15,722 nucleotides of DNA from Candidatus Altiarchaeota archaeon (lineage in GTDB: Archaea; Altiarchaeota; Altiarchaeia; IMC4; QMZM01), in assembly GCA_038891095.1 (NCBI GenBank), contig JAWAEV010000012.1:1-15722 (forward strand), read 5' to 3'. The first letter of the stretch is position 1. The number at the start of each line of letters is the position of its first letter. The translations under genes and the position numbers were made by a program. Shown one piece after another: positions 1-7,239 of the stretch. The notes below the pieces were generated by a model, which was not told the DNA's origin, did not search any database, and was given only the letters and a program-made list of their open reading frames with translations.

Positions 1-127
1 CCTATATGTGCTCGATAATACTCTCCAAGTTCATACTGCGAAGATAATTGAGAACAAGTAATCTGATAGGTATACCTCTCTCCAGGGCGCAGTTGGAATT
101 TTGTTGTATCTGCGCTGCAAAGAGCAT
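1..127. repeat. Terminal direct repeat, left copy (127 bp, identical to 15596-15722)
   Basis: Read directly: cctatatgtgctcgataatac...ctgcgctgcaaagagcat occurs at both 1-127 and 15596-15722. Confidence 0.98.
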
Positions 128-398
128 CACTTATATTCACTGCAACTCCTGTTATGTTCATTTTCAATCCTGCTTCGTTTGTAATGCTAAGTATAAATTT
201 ATTTGTGCTTTTTTGCGCTACCCAATCAATAGGTTTAATTTCAGAGAAGCCGCTACATCCTGGAGGTGGTTTTGGTGGAGAAAAAGCGCCAAATTGCCAA
301 AGTGCGACCCCTATAATTAAAACTGCTAAAATTGCCCATCCATATGTGATAAGATACTCCATCGCTGCTTGTGCTGTTTTGGCTTTTTTCTTTTCCAT
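1..398 (-). CDS. Archaeal type IV pilin-like protein with class III signal peptide, 5' part (continues across the end overlap to 15523)
   Basis: Manual translation from ATG at 398: MEKKKAKTAQAAMEYLITYGWAILAVLIIGVALWQFGAFSPPKPPPGCSGFSEIKPIDW...ITCSQLSSQYELGEYYRAHI, open to the window edge. Basic leader, then A|QAAME with Glu at +5, then a hydrophobic helix: the class III (prepilin) signal pattern. Absent from the ORF track because it runs off the edge. Confidence 0.88.
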   Translation of the reverse strand, partial: MEKKKAKTAQAAMEYLITYGWAILAVLIIGVALWQFGAFSPPKPPPGCSGFSEIKPIDWVAQKSTNKFILSITNEAGLKMNITGVAVNISDALCSADTTKFQLRPGERYTYQITCSQLSSQYELGEYYRAHI

Positions 399-434
399 TT
401 TATATAATGATTTTATTTTTTGGAATATATAAAC

Positions 435-797
435 TTAAAGAATTTCTAAGTTTACAGGAGTACCGTTTTGGTCATATGCATGAACATCCTCGATTGATTC
501 GTATGGATAAGAAACTATGATATGTAAAATGCCCGTTCTTTTAAAAAATTTTAGATCTTCGTTTGATGGCAAAAAATTTTTTCCTGGATGTGAGTGAATG
601 CTACCAATAATTGTTTTATCTATCGGCACCATATCCCTGCGTTGCATTGAAAAATTTTCTCCAAAGATAGTTCCTGGTAAAATTAAAATTTCCTTAATCT
701 CTTTTTTATTTCCTCTCAGCAAGCCTGAGAATTCTTTTGGATAAAAATTTTTCGAAGCGTTAAGTGCAAATTCTAATGCACTCTTACGAATTTTCAT
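435..797 (-). CDS. JAMM/MPN+ (Mov34/MPN/PAD-1) zinc metalloisopeptidase, archaeal type
   Basis: Catalytic Glu in YPKEFSGLL and the HSHPxxxxxPSxxD motif (IHSHPGKNFLPSNEDL); 120 aa. ATGA overlap with the nfeD stop at 794-797. Confidence 0.9.
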   Translation of the reverse strand: MKIRKSALEFALNASKNFYPKEFSGLLRGNKKEIKEILILPGTIFGENFSMQRRDMVPIDKTIIGSIHSHPGKNFLPSNEDLKFFKRTGILHIIVSYPYESIEDVHAYDQNGTPVNLEIL

Positions 798-2086
798 TCT
801 AAAGGCTCAACTATAAGCAAAGTTCCCTCTTTCCTAACAATTCTTACTTCTTCACCTTTTTTTATTTTTCTTTTTCCTTTTTCAACTTTTGCTTTCCAAA
901 GTTCTCCATTATAAAGAACAAAACCACCTTCTTTATCACTCATATCCTCTTCAGCTTTTGCTGTCTCACCACTTAATTCGCCAATGACCGGCTTCTTGAA
1001 TTTTATCTCAGCGACTTTAAATAGTGCAAATAATAAAAAAAGAGCCAGAATTACTGCAGGCAAAGAAATTGCAAAAAATAAACTCTCTTTAAATTCTCTT
1101 GAGAGAGACCAATTTGGTGAGGTTAAAGGACCAATTAGAATTATCCCCAAAACTACTGCTATAATTCCTGTGATACCCACTATACCAAAACCAGGTGTTG
1201 TAAATTCAAATAAAATTAAGATACCACCTAAAAAAATAAGTAATAAACCAATGAAATTTATATCAAAGCCAATTCCAATAAGTCCAAGTAATATCATGAA
1301 AATTCCAAAAATTTCAGAACCGAATCCAGGGGAAGAAAGCCCAAAAATTAATGCATAAATACCTATCATCAACAAAATTGAAGCTATTACAGGATCGGCA
1401 ACTATTGATAAGAATCCAACTTTCATAGATGGCTGAAATTTTTCCACTTTTACATTTCTTGTTTTTAGAGTTATTTCGCCAGTTGTTGTTTTTAATTTCA
1501 TACCATCAATTTTGTTCATTAGATCTGAGATATCTTCAGCTAAAATTTCTATAACGCCTGCATTCAGAGCTTGAACATCATTTAAATTCAAATTTTCAGT
1601 GATAAATTTTTTAGCAATTGTTATGTTTCTGTTATGCATTCTCATTCTCTCCTCAATGAAGGCAGTTAGAGCATTTATAATTTTTGACTCATTTATAGGT
1701 TGGGAACTTTCCAAGCCCAAAGATACAGGTTGAGATGAACCAATAACAGTATAAGGTGCCATTGCAGCAACATGAGTTGATAATAAGATAAAAGTTCCGG
1801 CAGACCATGCTTTAGAGCCTTTAGGATAAACATAGCCTACAAATGGAATCTCTGAATTTTCAATAAGCCTCATTATCTCCAGAGTTGCAGTTAGCTCTCC
1901 ACCTGTAGTATCTAATGTAAGAACGATAATATCTGGTTTCTCCTCAATTGCTTCTTTGATTAATTCTACATGCGCTTTAGTTATTACCTTGTCAATATTA
2001 ACAACTAATATATTAGTTGCTGCATTTACAAAAGAGATTGACAGGAGTATAAAAAATAAAAAAAGTAGAATTATTGTTTTTTTCAT
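794..2086 (-). CDS. nfeD: NfeD-family (long form) membrane-bound ClpP-class serine protease
   Basis: Signal peptide, LDTTGG, AWSAGTFI (catalytic Ser), MAPYTVIGS, ESKIINA (dyad Lys), multi-TM region with PGFG motifs and a C-terminal OB fold (GFVLYNGELWKA...VRIVRKEGTLLIV). Confidence 0.93.
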   Translation of the reverse strand: MKKTIILLFLFFILLSISFVNAATNILVVNIDKVITKAHVELIKEAIEEKPDIIVLTLDTTGGELTATLEIMRLIENSEIPFVGYVYPKGSKAWSAGTFILLSTHVAAMAPYTVIGSSQPVSLGLESSQPINESKIINALTAFIEERMRMHNRNITIAKKFITENLNLNDVQALNAGVIEILAEDISDLMNKIDGMKLKTTTGEITLKTRNVKVEKFQPSMKVGFLSIVADPVIASILLMIGIYALIFGLSSPGFGSEIFGIFMILLGLIGIGFDINFIGLLLIFLGGILILFEFTTPGFGIVGITGIIAVVLGIILIGPLTSPNWSLSREFKESLFFAISLPAVILALFLLFALFKVAEIKFKKPVIGELSGETAKAEEDMSDKEGGFVLYNGELWKAKVEKGKRKIKKGEEVRIVRKEGTLLIVEPLE

Positions 2087-2185
2087 TATAATTCTATTAT
2101 TTACCTTAAATCATAAAAAATAAGATAAATTCGAAACTATTTAAATTGTAGATCATAAATTATTAAAAGGACATTAGGTTTACAG

Positions 2186-2833
2186 ATGGATCCAGAATTT
2201 AAGAAAGGACTTAAGAAAGGACTTAAAAAAGGACTTATTGTTGGACTTATAATAGGACTAATACTCTCAATACCTTATATAATATTGTCGCAGTTTGGGA
2301 TATATAAGCCGGCAATATATCTTTATCCTAAGGAACCAACAAATGTTTCTGTAAAACTTATTACTAATGCAGCTATAACAAAGTCGATTCCTGAATATAC
2401 TAATGAGTGGCTTGTTTTTGCAACACCAGAAGGGAAAATAAACTCTAAGTATGATTATCTATACTATGAGGCAGATGCACATGGTAGAATAGATGTTAAA
2501 GATGGATGGATAATAGAAAAAAACAAGATACGAGAGTGGTTTAATGAGTATCTACCTAAACTTGGATTAAACGAACGTGAGAAATCAGATTTTATGGATT
2601 ACTGGTTGTACACTCTACCAAATGCAAATTATTATCTAATTACGCCGCTAACTCAAGAAGAAATTGATAATCTCATAAAACTTGAAATTAATCCAAAACC
2701 AGATACAGTAATTAGAGTAATGCTCTATTTCAAACCATTATCTCATAGGATTAATATTAAAGAACCAGAAGTGTCTACTCCAAAAAGAGAGGGATTTGTT
2801 GTAGTGGAATGGGGAGGTATAATGGACAAATGA
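2186..2833 (+). CDS. Conserved hypothetical membrane-anchored protein (KPxIYLYP...YLxYEA...DFxxYW...VVEWGG family)
   Basis: One N-terminal TM helix followed by YKPAIYLYP, YDYLYYEA, LGLNEREKSDFMDYW, PKPDTVIRV and REGFVVVEWGG. I recognise this as a widespread family of unknown function. Confidence 0.8.
   Translation: MDPEFKKGLKKGLKKGLIVGLIIGLILSIPYIILSQFGIYKPAIYLYPKEPTNVSVKLITNAAITKSIPEYTNEWLVFATPEGKINSKYDYLYYEADAHGRIDVKDGWIIEKNKIREWFNEYLPKLGLNEREKSDFMDYWLYTLPNANYYLITPLTQEEIDNLIKLEINPKPDTVIRVMLYFKPLSHRINIKEPEVSTPKREGFVVVEWGGIMDK
2201..2260 (+). repeat. 12-bp period in-frame tandem repeat (NNNNNNGGACT[T/A] x5)
   Basis: aagaaaggactt aagaaaggactt aaaaaaggactt attgttggactt ataataggacta, encoding KKGL KKGL KKGL IVGL IIGL. 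Confidence 0.85.
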
Positions 2834-3288
2834 AAAATAATAAAGAAAAAACTCAACAATATAAAATAGGATACCTTATGGGTCTTTGTATAGGTGTTTG
2901 TATTATGCTTCTTTCTACCATGCTTATAGTAGTAATACTAACTAGCAAACCATCTACTTCTACCTTCTCAAGAGGTTTTGGAAAAATAAAAGTACTTAAC
3001 CCAAGTATTAGTTATTCCGGTACAACCTTAAGATTTCGTATATTCAATGGTGTAGGCAAAACAATTACCGGAACTAACATTACAGTAGAAGGTTGTACTT
3101 GTGCCTCCAGCATATGTCAAAATATTAAAATAGGTGCAGGAGATTTTTACCAAATTAATGTAACTTGTCCTTTTAAAGACAGAGGAGAAAGTTTTTCTGT
3201 CTTTGTGAACATAACTTATTTTGAAAATGTTGGAGGTACACTAGTATTACATCAGGATAAAGGTATATTAATGGGTTCTGCTGACTAG
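2830..3288 (+). CDS. Pilin-like membrane-anchored protein, paralogue of the junction pilin, with no canonical class III cleavage site
   Basis: Start probably at ATG 2830 (ATGA overlap with the upstream stop) rather than 2809. After the TM helix it aligns by eye with the junction pilin: GFGKIKV/GFSEIKP, NGVG/NEAG, GAGD/RPGE, VTC/ITC, GESF/GEYY, ITY/INY, HQDKGILMGSAD/HSSRGDCWGVVE. Confidence 0.7.
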   Translation: MKNNKEKTQQYKIGYLMGLCIGVCIMLLSTMLIVVILTSKPSTSTFSRGFGKIKVLNPSISYSGTTLRFRIFNGVGKTITGTNITVEGCTCASSICQNIKIGAGDFYQINVTCPFKDRGESFSVFVNITYFENVGGTLVLHQDKGILMGSAD

Positions 3289-3299
3289 ATATAATTTTT

Positions 3300-4073
3300 T
3301 CACTCGTTAGTTTTCTTCCCTTTCCTGTCTAAAATTCCTTTAGCTAAGCCAGCAATTAATCCAGAATCACTTGAAGGCACAACAATCAAATTTTTTTCTC
3401 TTGCTATCTCAGTCAAAGTTTGGAATTCTCTCAGTTTAATTGCTATTGGTGTTTCCTCATATAACTTAGCTGCTTCTTGCATTTTCTTTGCTGCTTGGAA
3501 TTCACCATCTGCAATTATAATTCTTGCCCTTCTCTCTCTTTCAGCTTCTGCTTGTTTTGCAATTGCTCTTAGCATACTCTCTGGAAGAGCGACATCCTTT
3601 ATTGTAACACTACTAACTTTAACTCCCCATGGGTCAGTTCCAAGATCTAAAATTTCCTGTAATTTTTTATTTAATTCCTCTCTTTTAGATAGGAGATCAT
3701 CTAACTCAACTTGTCCGAGAACATCTCTAAGTGTTGTTTGTGCTAATAACATTGTTGCTAAGGAATAATTTTCAACTTTAACAACAGCATCATTTGGATT
3801 TGAAACTCTGTAATAAACAACAGCATCCACGCCAACTGAAACATTATCTTTTGTAATTACATTCTGTTTCTCAACATCCAAAACAACTGTCCTTAAGTCA
3901 ACTAAAACCATCTTGTCGATAATAGGTATAATAAAAAAAACTCCAGGACCCTTTGCTCCTACTAATCTCCCTAATCGGAATATAACACCTCTTTCATACT
4001 CTTTAACAATCCTCACAGCACTAAAAAAAATAAAAAACAAAACCAACAAAATTGTATAAAAAAACAAAGACAT
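3300..4073 (-). CDS. Stomatin-like SPFH/band 7 (slipin) protein
   Basis: [68 protein letters not shown]. Start moved from 4091 to ATG 4073 because a Shine-Dalgarno lies just upstream of it. Confidence 0.95.
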   Translation of the reverse strand: MSLFFYTILLVLFFIFFSAVRIVKEYERGVIFRLGRLVGAKGPGVFFIIPIIDKMVLVDLRTVVLDVEKQNVITKDNVSVGVDAVVYYRVSNPNDAVVKVENYSLATMLLAQTTLRDVLGQVELDDLLSKREELNKKLQEILDLGTDPWGVKVSSVTIKDVALPESMLRAIAKQAEAERERRARIIIADGEFQAAKKMQEAAKLYEETPIAIKLREFQTLTEIAREKNLIVVPSSDSGLIAGLAKGILDRKGKKTNE

Positions 4074-4077
4074 GTTT

Positions 4078-4085
4078 TCACCTCC
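4078..4085 (-). promoter_or_regulatory. Shine-Dalgarno GGAGGTGA for the stomatin gene
   Basis: Minus strand reads GGAGGTGA-AAAC-ATG (ATG at 4073). Confidence 0.8.
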
Positions 4086-4244
4086 TTCCATTATAATTTA
4101 TATCTCAATATAAATTTTCCAATATTTAAGTTTCACCTTACACTTTATATTCTTTTTTATTATTATATACTTACACTTATAAATTAATTCTTTAAGATAT
4201 ATAGGATAAGGAGGATAATTAGGAGAAAAAGCATTAAAAATTAA

Positions 4245-4733
4245 CTATACAACTTTCCCTCCTTGATATCTACCATTGTATGGTTTACCTCCTTCAGAAA
4301 CTTCCTCAAAGATTAATTGGGCAATTCTTGCTCCTTTTTCAAATTTAAATTCATTTTCTGAGAGATTTTTCAAACCTATTGTTAAAGTTCCTTTAAATCC
4401 AGGGTCAATTAGTGCAGTCTCAACTGAGCAACCCATTCTAAATAAAGATGATCTAGGTAAAATTCTTCCTGCTAAATTTTCAGGCATGTTTACTCTCTCT
4501 ATAGTTTCAACTAATAGATATTCATTTGGCTTTAATTCATACTCACTAAAATTTAGTTCCTCAATTTTTGGACTCTTATGCTTTTTACTACCAATAAAAC
4601 CAGGAGTTTTTATCTTATAAATTTTTCCAATTCTTAGATCATAACCAGAAGAGCTTAAGCACTCTAAGGAAAAATTTTCTATCAATGATTTTTCTTTTAC
4701 AAGTTTGAGAATTTTTTCATATGATAACAGCAT
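4245..4733 (-). CDS. Trimeric dUTPase / dCTP deaminase superfamily protein, probably an archaeal-type dUTPase
   Basis: GYDLRIG, ETIERV, PRSSLFRMG, IDPGFKG, RIAQLIF, YNGRYQ. The Glu expected after DPG in dCTP deaminases is absent (GTLTIGLKN). Confidence 0.85.
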   Translation of the reverse strand: MLLSYEKILKLVKEKSLIENFSLECLSSSGYDLRIGKIYKIKTPGFIGSKKHKSPKIEELNFSEYELKPNEYLLVETIERVNMPENLAGRILPRSSLFRMGCSVETALIDPGFKGTLTIGLKNLSENEFKFEKGARIAQLIFEEVSEGGKPYNGRYQGGKVV

Positions 4734-4734
4734 T

Positions 4735-7239
4735 TTAGCTTTTACTCAATTTTAAAATTTCAATAACTCTTCTCGTTATTACATCAATGAAAAATAATAG
4801 CAATGCAGCAAATATAAAATAATCTTGTAAATTTTCCCTACTGTTTACTTTCATGACAGATTTCTCTTTTGCATAATTCAAAATTTCTTCTATTGCAGAT
4901 CCCTTTTCTGTAAAGTTGTATAAATTGCCATTTGTCAGTTCTGAGATTTTTCTTAGTCTTTCAATGTCTATACCTAAGTTAAAGTATTCCTCTCTTTGAT
5001 TTACTGCAATTGCATCAATGTCTTTTCCAAATAAATTTTCAGCAGTGATTTCATAGATGCCCGAATTTTCTGGTGTAAAACTCAAGGAGAAAAGACCTAT
5101 GTCAACTTGTTTAGCATCAAACTCCTTAGTTGAATTTTTTTCTTTTATATAGACTTTTGGTTTTTCCTCTGTTTTTATCATGATACTTGCCTTATCCCCC
5201 AGGAAAATGTCATCAGTTGTTATCTTTAAAGGCTTTTTCTTTTCTAGATCATAAATTGCCCAATTCATTATTCTTGATATTAACTTTCCACCCTCAGCAG
5301 TGTAAAGATTTCCTGCCCAAAGAGCGCCATTATCAGTTGTTATAGCAGCAACTCTTCCTAAACCAAATCTCCAAACTGTGACAACAGGTTTTTTATCAAC
5401 TGTTGAAATTAAAACTTGTGCAACTGTTTTAGCACTAACACCATTTAAATCATTTATTTTAGTGTCAATCCTAAGCCCTTCTGTGATAAAATGATATGGA
5501 TTATAAATTTTCACTGTATGATAGCCAGAAGATTCTTCCTCTTCCCTAAAAACAGCGCTTAGTCTTTGGTTTTCTTCCATCCAGAAATAAAGTCCATTGC
5601 TTTCTCTTGCAATTTCTTGCATAAGTTCTTGGCCTTCTTTTGCTTGTGCTCTATCGCCAACAGAAACAGAATAAATTTTTATCCCTTTACTTGCAATACT
5701 TTTGACTTTTGATAAAATTGCTTCTTTTTTCTCACCACCTGGAACACCATCTGAAAGAAATATAATATAGGCTTCGTTTTCATATTCTTGAAGAATTTCT
5801 TCTGCCTTTGAGAGAGCAGGCAAAAAATTCGTGCCGCCAGTAGAAGAAGCTTTTAATTTTAAGATATTCTCCTCAATTAATTTTTTATTTGAACCAATTT
5901 TTGTTAAATCTATTATAGTATAAACAGGAACATTAAATGCAAGCACAGCAACTGAATCCTCAGAGCTTAGTTGTCTTAATAAATTTATTGCAATTGCTTT
6001 TTCTTCATCAACATATGTTTCATATGCTTGTGCTCCTTTATATCCCATAGATGCTGAGACATCAATTAAAAAAACTACAGCAATTGGCTTTCTCTTTTCT
6101 TTTGGTTTTTCACCTGAAATAACAGGTAAAATTCTTTCAAAATTTGAATTTTCATAATTACCTCGATCAAAAGAATTCTCACCTCCAATAACAACCAAGC
6201 CATTACCTGAGCTAAGGTAATTGCTAAGGGAATTTACTATATTAACAGAAAGATCCTCTATATTCTGATCGTCTAAAACAACAAGGTCATAATTCTGAAA
6301 GCCTTCTTCAAGTTTTTTTGAAACAAAAACCTTATAGTTCTTTTCTAAAACTCTTATCAATGGCGAATTTGAATTTTTGCTTATAACTAAAATTTGTGGT
6401 CTTTCAACAACCTCAACAATTTTTCTTACATAATTATTTTCAGTGAAAAAATCTTCACTATACGGAGTTACTTCTACAGCAATAGTATGTATCCCTGGCT
6501 TTACAAATGATATCATAAATTCAAATTCTCTGATATTTGAATCTTGCTCAACTCTTTCTGCTCTGAGAACATTGCCATCAACAATAAACTTTAAGCTATA
6601 GCCAGCCCTGCCACCAATTTTTGAAATTTTCACCAAGACCTTATATTCTGTGTTCATTGGAATTGTTCTCTCTCCTATAATTTCTGAAATGTAAATTTCA
6701 CTTTTATTGAGTTTTGGCATTATCGAAAAAATTTTTGTTGTATCAGAAAGTAATTTTGCAACATCTTCTGGTTTATGAGCATAGTTGTTATTTCCATCAG
6801 AAATTAATAGCAGTATATCACTTCTTAAATCTTTTATTGATTCCTGATATAGTGCATTTCCAATTTCTGTCCTCCCAGATGATTCTGAGAATCTCTCAAA
6901 TTTTAATTTATAAGAACTTTTGTTTTTTATTTTCTCTGAGATCTCATTATAAAGTTCTTCACCAAGTTTATTATAAATTTTCATGCTAGCTGAGGAATCC
7001 TCTAAAATTTTAATTGAAATTTCTCTTGGCTCTTCCTTAGTTGTAAATGTATAAGGAGAAGAAATTGCAATTATGATAAGTGAAAATAATACAAATCTTA
7101 TAAACAGGAAGAGCCATCTACCTAAGCTTAATTTTTTCTCCCTTCTGAAGTATAAAAATAAAGTAATTCCCAATACTAATGGAATTAAAAGTAAAATTGG
7201 CTGTTCAACTCCAAATTTTATACCATAAATCTCTATCAT
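4735..7239 (-). CDS. Membrane vWA-domain protein (vWA-like, Ig-like, glutamine-amidotransferase-like and vWA domains)
   Basis: N-terminal TM hairpin; DSSAS and ISDG (first vWA); GGENSFDRGNY (GATase-like); intact MIDAS DVSAS...GGT...LSDG; WRFGLGRVAAITTD; C-terminal TM helix. Confidence 0.85.
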   Translation of the reverse strand: MIEIYGIKFGVEQPILLLIPLVLGITLFLYFRREKKLSLGRWLFLFIRFVLFSLIIIAISSPYTFTTKEEPREISIKILEDSSASMKIYNKLGEELYNEISEKIKNKSSYKLKFERFSESSGRTEIGNALYQESIKDLRSDILLLISDGNNNYAHKPEDVAKLLSDTTKIFSIMPKLNKSEIYISEIIGERTIPMNTEYKVLVKISKIGGRAGYSLKFIVDGNVLRAERVEQDSNIREFEFMISFVKPGIHTIAVEVTPYSEDFFTENNYVRKIVEVVERPQILVISKNSNSPLIRVLEKNYKVFVSKKLEEGFQNYDLVVLDDQNIEDLSVNIVNSLSNYLSSGNGLVVIGGENSFDRGNYENSNFERILPVISGEKPKEKRKPIAVVFLIDVSASMGYKGAQAYETYVDEEKAIAINLLRQLSSEDSVAVLAFNVPVYTIIDLTKIGSNKKLIEENILKLKASSTGGTNFLPALSKAEEILQEYENEAYIIFLSDGVPGGEKKEAILSKVKSIASKGIKIYSVSVGDRAQAKEGQELMQEIARESNGLYFWMEENQRLSAVFREEEESSGYHTVKIYNPYHFITEGLRIDTKINDLNGVSAKTVAQVLISTVDKKPVVTVWRFGLGRVAAITTDNGALWAGNLYTAEGGKLISRIMNWAIYDLEKKKPLKITTDDIFLGDKASIMIKTEEKPKVYIKEKNSTKEFDAKQVDIGLFSLSFTPENSGIYEITAENLFGKDIDAIAVNQREEYFNLGIDIERLRKISELTNGNLYNFTEKGSAIEEILNYAKEKSVMKVNSRENLQDYFIFAALLLFFIDVITRRVIEILKLSKS

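Noticed and set aside
68-115. Palindrome AGGTATACCT (68-77) and short inverted repeat GCGCAG/CTGCGC (87-92, 110-115) inside the end overlap
   Set aside because: Short, within coding sequence and compatible with chance.
1-127. Terminal repeat as a viral DTR, LTR, att site or DGR template/variable repeat
   Set aside because: The copies are identical with no adenine-specific mismatches, lie mid-gene and match a typical assembler k-mer length. No reverse transcriptase, integrase, terminase or capsid gene is present.
48-432. ORF-track plus-strand ORFs 48..320 and 154..432
   Set aside because: Both are antisense to the motif-bearing pilin gene on the minus strand and have no recognisable features.
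984-1358. 124-aa plus-strand ORF
   Set aside because: Antisense shadow of the hydrophobic TM region of nfeD.
4276-4620. 114-aa plus-strand ORF
   Set aside because: Antisense shadow of the dUTPase-like gene.
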